Source: Candidatus Dojkabacteria bacterium (GTDB lineage Bacteria > Patescibacteriota > Dojkabacteria > SC72). Taken from it: a DNA stretch of 52,558 bases. Under the pieces are notes generated by a model. The model worked only from the letters and a program-made list of their open reading frames with translations, was not told the origin of the DNA and made no database searches. The position numbers and the translations under genes are program-made. Location of the stretch: contig JAVEZR010000004.1 of assembly GCA_034002865.1 (NCBI GenBank), forward strand, positions 1 to 52,558. The letters run 5' to 3'. Shown here in pieces: positions 49,147-52,558 of the stretch (positions are counted from its first letter, which is position 1; the number at the start of each line of letters is the position of its first letter).

Positions 49147-49938
49147 ATGAAAATATTCGTAATAGCTAATCAAAAAGGAGGTGTAGGTAAAACTACTACA
49201 GCTATAAATCTAGGGGCCGCACTAGCAAAGAAAGGTAAAAAAGTACTACTTGTAGACCTTGATCCTCAATCAAATCTCTCTTCTGGTGTTGGCTTTACTC
49301 AGCAATTTGATAGAGAAAGTTGGCATTCATATGAAGAAGCTCCATACAAAAGTATATATGATGTTCTTGTTAATTCTGTAGATATTCCATCTGTATTTGT
49401 ATCTACCTCTACAAAGAATCTATATCTAATACCATCACATCTCTCCTTGGCAGGAGCAGAAATAGAGATGGTTAATATGCTCTCTAGAGAAACATTACTA
49501 AAAAAAGCCTTAGAGAAGGTAGATGATACTATAGATATGGTGTTAATAGATTGTCCTCCATCACTTGGTTTACTTACAATTAATGCACTAAGTGCTGCAG
49601 ATAATTTATTAATTCCAATACAGTGTGAATACTTCGCTCTAGAGGGGCTAGGACAGCTCATAGAGACAACAAGATTAATAAAAGGTATCAACCCCTCACT
49701 TGAAATAGGAGGCGTTATTTTAACCATGTATGACAGTAGAACAAAACTCTCATCAAGTGTTGTAGACGATGTAAGAGATTTCTTTAAAGAAACAGCCTTT
49801 GACTCTGTAGTACCTAGAAATGTAAGACTCTCAGAAGCACCATCTCACGGTAAGACAATATTTCAGTACGATCCTAAATCTTCAGGTGCAAATGCATATA
49901 CAGATTTAGCTAAAGAATTTATAAAAAGATTTTTTTAA
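49147..49938 (+). CDS. parA: Chromosome partitioning ATPase ParA/Soj
   Basis: 263 aa. Deviant Walker [36 protein letters not shown]. Confidence 0.93.
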   Translation: MKIFVIANQKGGVGKTTTAINLGAALAKKGKKVLLVDLDPQSNLSSGVGFTQQFDRESWHSYEEAPYKSIYDVLVNSVDIPSVFVSTSTKNLYLIPSHLSLAGAEIEMVNMLSRETLLKKALEKVDDTIDMVLIDCPPSLGLLTINALSAADNLLIPIQCEYFALEGLGQLIETTRLIKGINPSLEIGGVILTMYDSRTKLSSSVVDDVRDFFKETAFDSVVPRNVRLSEAPSHGKTIFQYDPKSSGANAYTDLAKEFIKRFF

Positions 49939-49956
49939 ATTATTACTATATAAAAA

Positions 49957-50820
49957 ATGACAGAAGCAAGATTAGGTAAAGGCTTAGCAGCATTAATAGA
50001 CTCTAAAGAGATAGATAACTCTAGCAGTTCATATAGAGAGAAGTTTGATATTAACAGGATAACTCCTAACCCATATCAACCTAGAATGAACATAGACCCA
50101 GAGGAGTTAATAAGTATTGCAGACTCAATAAGAGAGCATGGCGTCATTCAACCTCTAATTGTAACTAAGGATAAATCATCAGATAACTACTTTATAATCG
50201 CAGGAGAAAGAAGATTTAGAGCTGCTCAATTAGCAGGATTAAAATACATACCAATAGTTATTAAAGAATCTTCTCCACAAGAGATGTTAGAGATTGCATT
50301 AATAGAGAATATCCAAAGGAAAGATCTCAACCCTCTTGAAGAGGCAAACTCCTTTATACAGCTACAGGATGAATTTGGACTCTCGCAAGATGAGATTGCA
50401 CAGAAGGTTGGATTAAATAGAGTAACTATTACAAATAAAATAAGACTACTTAAATTACCTGAAGAGGTTAAAGAGGTAGTATTAAACGAAACTATTAGTG
50501 AAGGACATGCTAGAGCACTACTTGGTATTAGAGATGAAGAATCATTAATAGCAGCCTCCGACATTATCATTAAAAGAGGACTAAGTGTCAGACAAGCAGA
50601 ATCTCTTGTAAGAAAGATAAACTACGGTAAGAGTGCTAAGTATAAGAGAGTGCAAACAAGTAATCCTGATTTACTGCTGTATGCAGAAGAGATAACTAAG
50701 AAGATAGGGTTTTCAACAACCATTAGAAAGATGAGTAAAGGTGGAAGAGTACAGATTAGATATATGACAAAAAGTGATTTAGAACAAATACTTAAGAAGT
50801 TAGGATTAGAAAGTGTATAA
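49957..50820 (+). CDS. parB: Chromosome partitioning protein ParB/Spo0J
   Basis: 287 aa. LGKGLAALI, ITPNPYQPR, HGVIQPLIV, IIAGERRFRAAQLAG, and the HTH LSQDEIAQKVGLNRVTITNKIRLLKL. Confidence 0.93.
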   Translation: MTEARLGKGLAALIDSKEIDNSSSSYREKFDINRITPNPYQPRMNIDPEELISIADSIREHGVIQPLIVTKDKSSDNYFIIAGERRFRAAQLAGLKYIPIVIKESSPQEMLEIALIENIQRKDLNPLEEANSFIQLQDEFGLSQDEIAQKVGLNRVTITNKIRLLKLPEEVKEVVLNETISEGHARALLGIRDEESLIAASDIIIKRGLSVRQAESLVRKINYGKSAKYKRVQTSNPDLLLYAEEITKKIGFSTTIRKMSKGGRVQIRYMTKSDLEQILKKLGLESV

Positions 50821-50821
50821 A

Positions 50822-51571
50822 CTACTTAGTAGACACTTCCTGTCTTAGTTTTTCATACATTAATACTGCAGCACTAACACTTACATTTAAAGACCCAATA
50901 CCCTCTCTCATAGGGATAGAGATTCTCTCATCTGCCCTCTCTAACATACCTGTAGAGATCCCTGTATCCTCCGCACCCACTACAAATGCACATGGGCCTC
51001 TTAAATCGGTATCAAAGTAGCTATCACCATCCATATGTACAGCAAATATCTTTATATCATTCTTAGAGAGTTGTTTTACAGCTGCAAAAAGATTCATCTC
51101 AACAATGGGAATTCTCTCCGCTGCACCCATAGATATTCTTAAGGTTTCATCATTTACTAAACTAGCTTCACTTGGAGAAGATATAATACCGTTTACTCCT
51201 ACAGCAAAAGCTGTTCTCATAATAGCTCCAACGTTCTGAGTATACTTAAGATCATCTAATATCAAAAAGAATGGCAACTTATTCTCCGAATATACACTCT
51301 CAAGTAGCTCTTCTAATGTCCAATGATTTTGAGAAATCATCATACCTACTACACTCTCAGAACCAGATGCTTTTAATCTCCTAGTTAATGTTTTTCTTGG
51401 AACTCTAATAATTGGTACTTTATTCTTAGCAGCTAACTCAACAATCTCTTTAGTCTTTTCATCCCTAAACGCTGTACTAGCAAGATATATACGCTCAAAC
51501 TCTCTACCCTCTTTCAAGAGCTCTAACAGAGCATTCTTACTTTCAATTTGGATAAAGTTTTGTTTAGCCAT
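50822..51571 (-). CDS. rlmB: SpoU/TrmH-family RNA 2'-O-methyltransferase (RlmB-like)
   Basis: 249 aa. N-terminal substrate-binding domain (SKNALLELLKEG) and SPOUT motifs (NVGAIMRTAFAVGV, VVGAEDTGIS, IPMREGIGSLNVSVSAAVLMYE). Confidence 0.8.
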   Translation of the reverse strand: MAKQNFIQIESKNALLELLKEGREFERIYLASTAFRDEKTKEIVELAAKNKVPIIRVPRKTLTRRLKASGSESVVGMMISQNHWTLEELLESVYSENKLPFFLILDDLKYTQNVGAIMRTAFAVGVNGIISSPSEASLVNDETLRISMGAAERIPIVEMNLFAAVKQLSKNDIKIFAVHMDGDSYFDTDLRGPCAFVVGAEDTGISTGMLERADERISIPMREGIGSLNVSVSAAVLMYEKLRQEVSTK

Positions 51572-51579
51572 TATTTACC

Positions 51580-51846
51580 TTAAAGAGATTCTACCACATC
51601 AATGTAGTACTGGCCTCTTTTAAACCCACTCATACGTCTAAATTTAACAACCCCCTCTATCTTAGCATGTATAGAGTAATCCTTAGACATATATGTATTC
51701 TTACCAGGATGATATACAGATCCTCTCTGTTTAATGATAATATTACCTGGTTTTACAATCTCACCCTCAAATTTCTTTACTCCTAATCTCTTACCAGCTA
51801 CATGTCCACTCATTGTGACACTACCTGCTCCTACTACATGTGACAT
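51580..51846 (-). CDS. rpmA: 50S ribosomal protein L27 (non-canonical N-terminal tail)
   Basis: 88 aa. [32 protein letters not shown]...[11 protein letters not shown] is canonical L27 core. The N-terminus [18 protein letters not shown] deviates from AHKK-GGS--NGRDS. Confidence 0.88.
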   Translation of the reverse strand: MSHVVGAGSVTMSGHVAGKRLGVKKFEGEIVKPGNIIIKQRGSVYHPGKNTYMSKDYSIHAKIEGVVKFRRMSGFKRGQYYIDVVESL

Positions 51847-51871
51847 TTCTCTGTATATTTAACTTAAATAT

Positions 51872-52558
51872 TTATCTCTTGGATAGTATGAAAATATTCC
51901 TTGTGATGATACTATTATTCCTCTCCCATTTCAAGTCCCCCTTTGCATATTTTTTATTCAACACCTCCCACTTCTTACCTGTAAATTCACTAATATTCAA
52001 TGTTCTACTGCCCTTTAATGTCTTGTAAGAAGGGAGTATTAAAACAACCCTAAACCCAGAGTTTGAGATATCGTTTAGTACTGTAAAGAGAGAGTTATAC
52101 AATTTCCTAATATCTTCTAAAAGAAGCTCTGCCTTATGTACTGTTAACACTTTCCTTTGTGGAGGACCCATAAAGGGCTCACATACCACTGTATTTACTC
52201 CCGTCCTTTTAATATCCTTCACAATCTTCTTCTCCACATTCTTTATATCCAAAGGGAAGAGATTGTACCTAATATGAGAAATCATACCCTCTTCTCTTAA
52301 CCACTGTATGTTTTCATTTGTATCCGATATCGCTTTATGATCAATGTCTGTACCTAATATATCAAAACCTAGCATTGCAGCTTCCATTAGTACTGTACCA
52401 CTACCACAGAATGGATCCCAAAGAATTCCATCTTTTAGCCCTGTTAAATTACACATTATCCTCGCTAACTTCTGAGGTAACACACCCATATCATAGTTAG
52501 AGAAGGGCTTCTCTAAATCTCTTTTCACAAACCCCTCTACATCCTGTATAGCTAATGT
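51872..52558 (-). CDS. UPF0020/Trm14-type SAM-dependent RNA (guanine/adenine-N) methyltransferase, N-terminus beyond window end
   Basis: LARIMCNLTGLKDGILWDPFCGSGTVLMEAAMLG...GTDID...VVCEPFMGPP carries SAM motif I and a (D/N/E)PP(Y/F)-like motif IV. The frame stays open upstream of the track's GTG 52528 to the window edge (...TLAIQDVEGFV), so the CDS is probably 5'-truncated by the window. Confidence 0.7.
   Translation of the reverse strand, partial: TLAIQDVEGFVKRDLEKPFSNYDMGVLPQKLARIMCNLTGLKDGILWDPFCGSGTVLMEAAMLGFDILGTDIDHKAISDTNENIQWLREEGMISHIRYNLFPLDIKNVEKKIVKDIKRTGVNTVVCEPFMGPPQRKVLTVHKAELLLEDIRKLYNSLFTVLNDISNSGFRVVLILPSYKTLKGSRTLNISEFTGKKWEVLNKKYAKGDLKWERNNSIITRNIFILSKR

Noticed and set aside
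1-52558. Alternative genetic code (UGA reassignment as in some candidate phyla)
   Set aside because: Conserved genes (the helD-like gene, the 994 ORF, the kinase-like ORF and others) terminate at TGA at family-typical lengths. No conserved gene is broken by in-frame TGA. The standard code 11 explains the window.

Overview
This is a 52.6-kb AT-rich bacterial chromosomal segment (about one-third G+C by eye, not computed) that is very gene-dense. It reads cleanly in the standard bacterial code: conserved genes end at family-typical lengths on TAA/TGA/TAG, so I see no UGA recoding. I can support about 50 protein-coding genes and 8 single tRNA genes (Pro-UGG, Gln-UUG, Gly-UCC, Lys-UUU, Gly-CCC, Thr-CGU, Leu-UAG, Glu-UUC). 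I saw no rRNA, CRISPR array, transposase, integrase, reverse transcriptase or phage genes.

The backbone is housekeeping: mutL, an rsmI-like methylase, uvrB, uvrC, dnaE, rnhB, a HelD-like helicase, gatA and (14.6 kb away) gatB-gatC, gpmI, rplS, rpmA, lepB, lgt, parA-parB, two RNA methyltransferases, an RRM RNA-binding protein, and DedA, YggT, YtxH, DUF192 and GerMN proteins. Genes are chained by 1-4 nt (sometimes 17-47 nt) overlaps. Shine-Dalgarno motifs are essentially absent, and tRNAs sit 10-28 nt in front of same-strand ORFs. That style, plus many signal-peptide or TM-anchored orphan proteins, resembles small-genome episymbiotic Patescibacteria (CPR)-like bacteria; this taxonomic statement is inference only.

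The accessory content is envelope-directed:
- (i) A 9.2-kb ORF (35693-44905, 3070 aa, 17.5% of the window) sits between tRNA-Gly(CCC) and tRNA-Thr. It encodes Cys-rich modules, five LamG/ConA-like lectin domains, a propeller-like repeat region, FN3, and an unusual C-terminal anchor of 3 TM helices interleaved with two beta-sandwich domains.
- (ii) A surface-protein cluster at 1-6463 includes an 806-aa protein with a 15-Cys knot, an InlB-type B-repeat and five 116/117-aa tandem repeats.
- (iii) A four-gene overlapping operon (18727-22339) combines a cupin-PGI-like protein, a transglutaminase-like protein and a TM-anchored Rx4H (HEPN-like) protein, the first two with substituted catalytic residues.
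- (iv) Other points of interest are an Lgt fused to a PAP2-like phosphatase module, a Fic protein with a degenerate active-site motif, an atypical kinase-like orphan, and an L27 with a non-canonical N-terminal tail.

All family assignments come from motif reading of the supplied translations. No database search was run.
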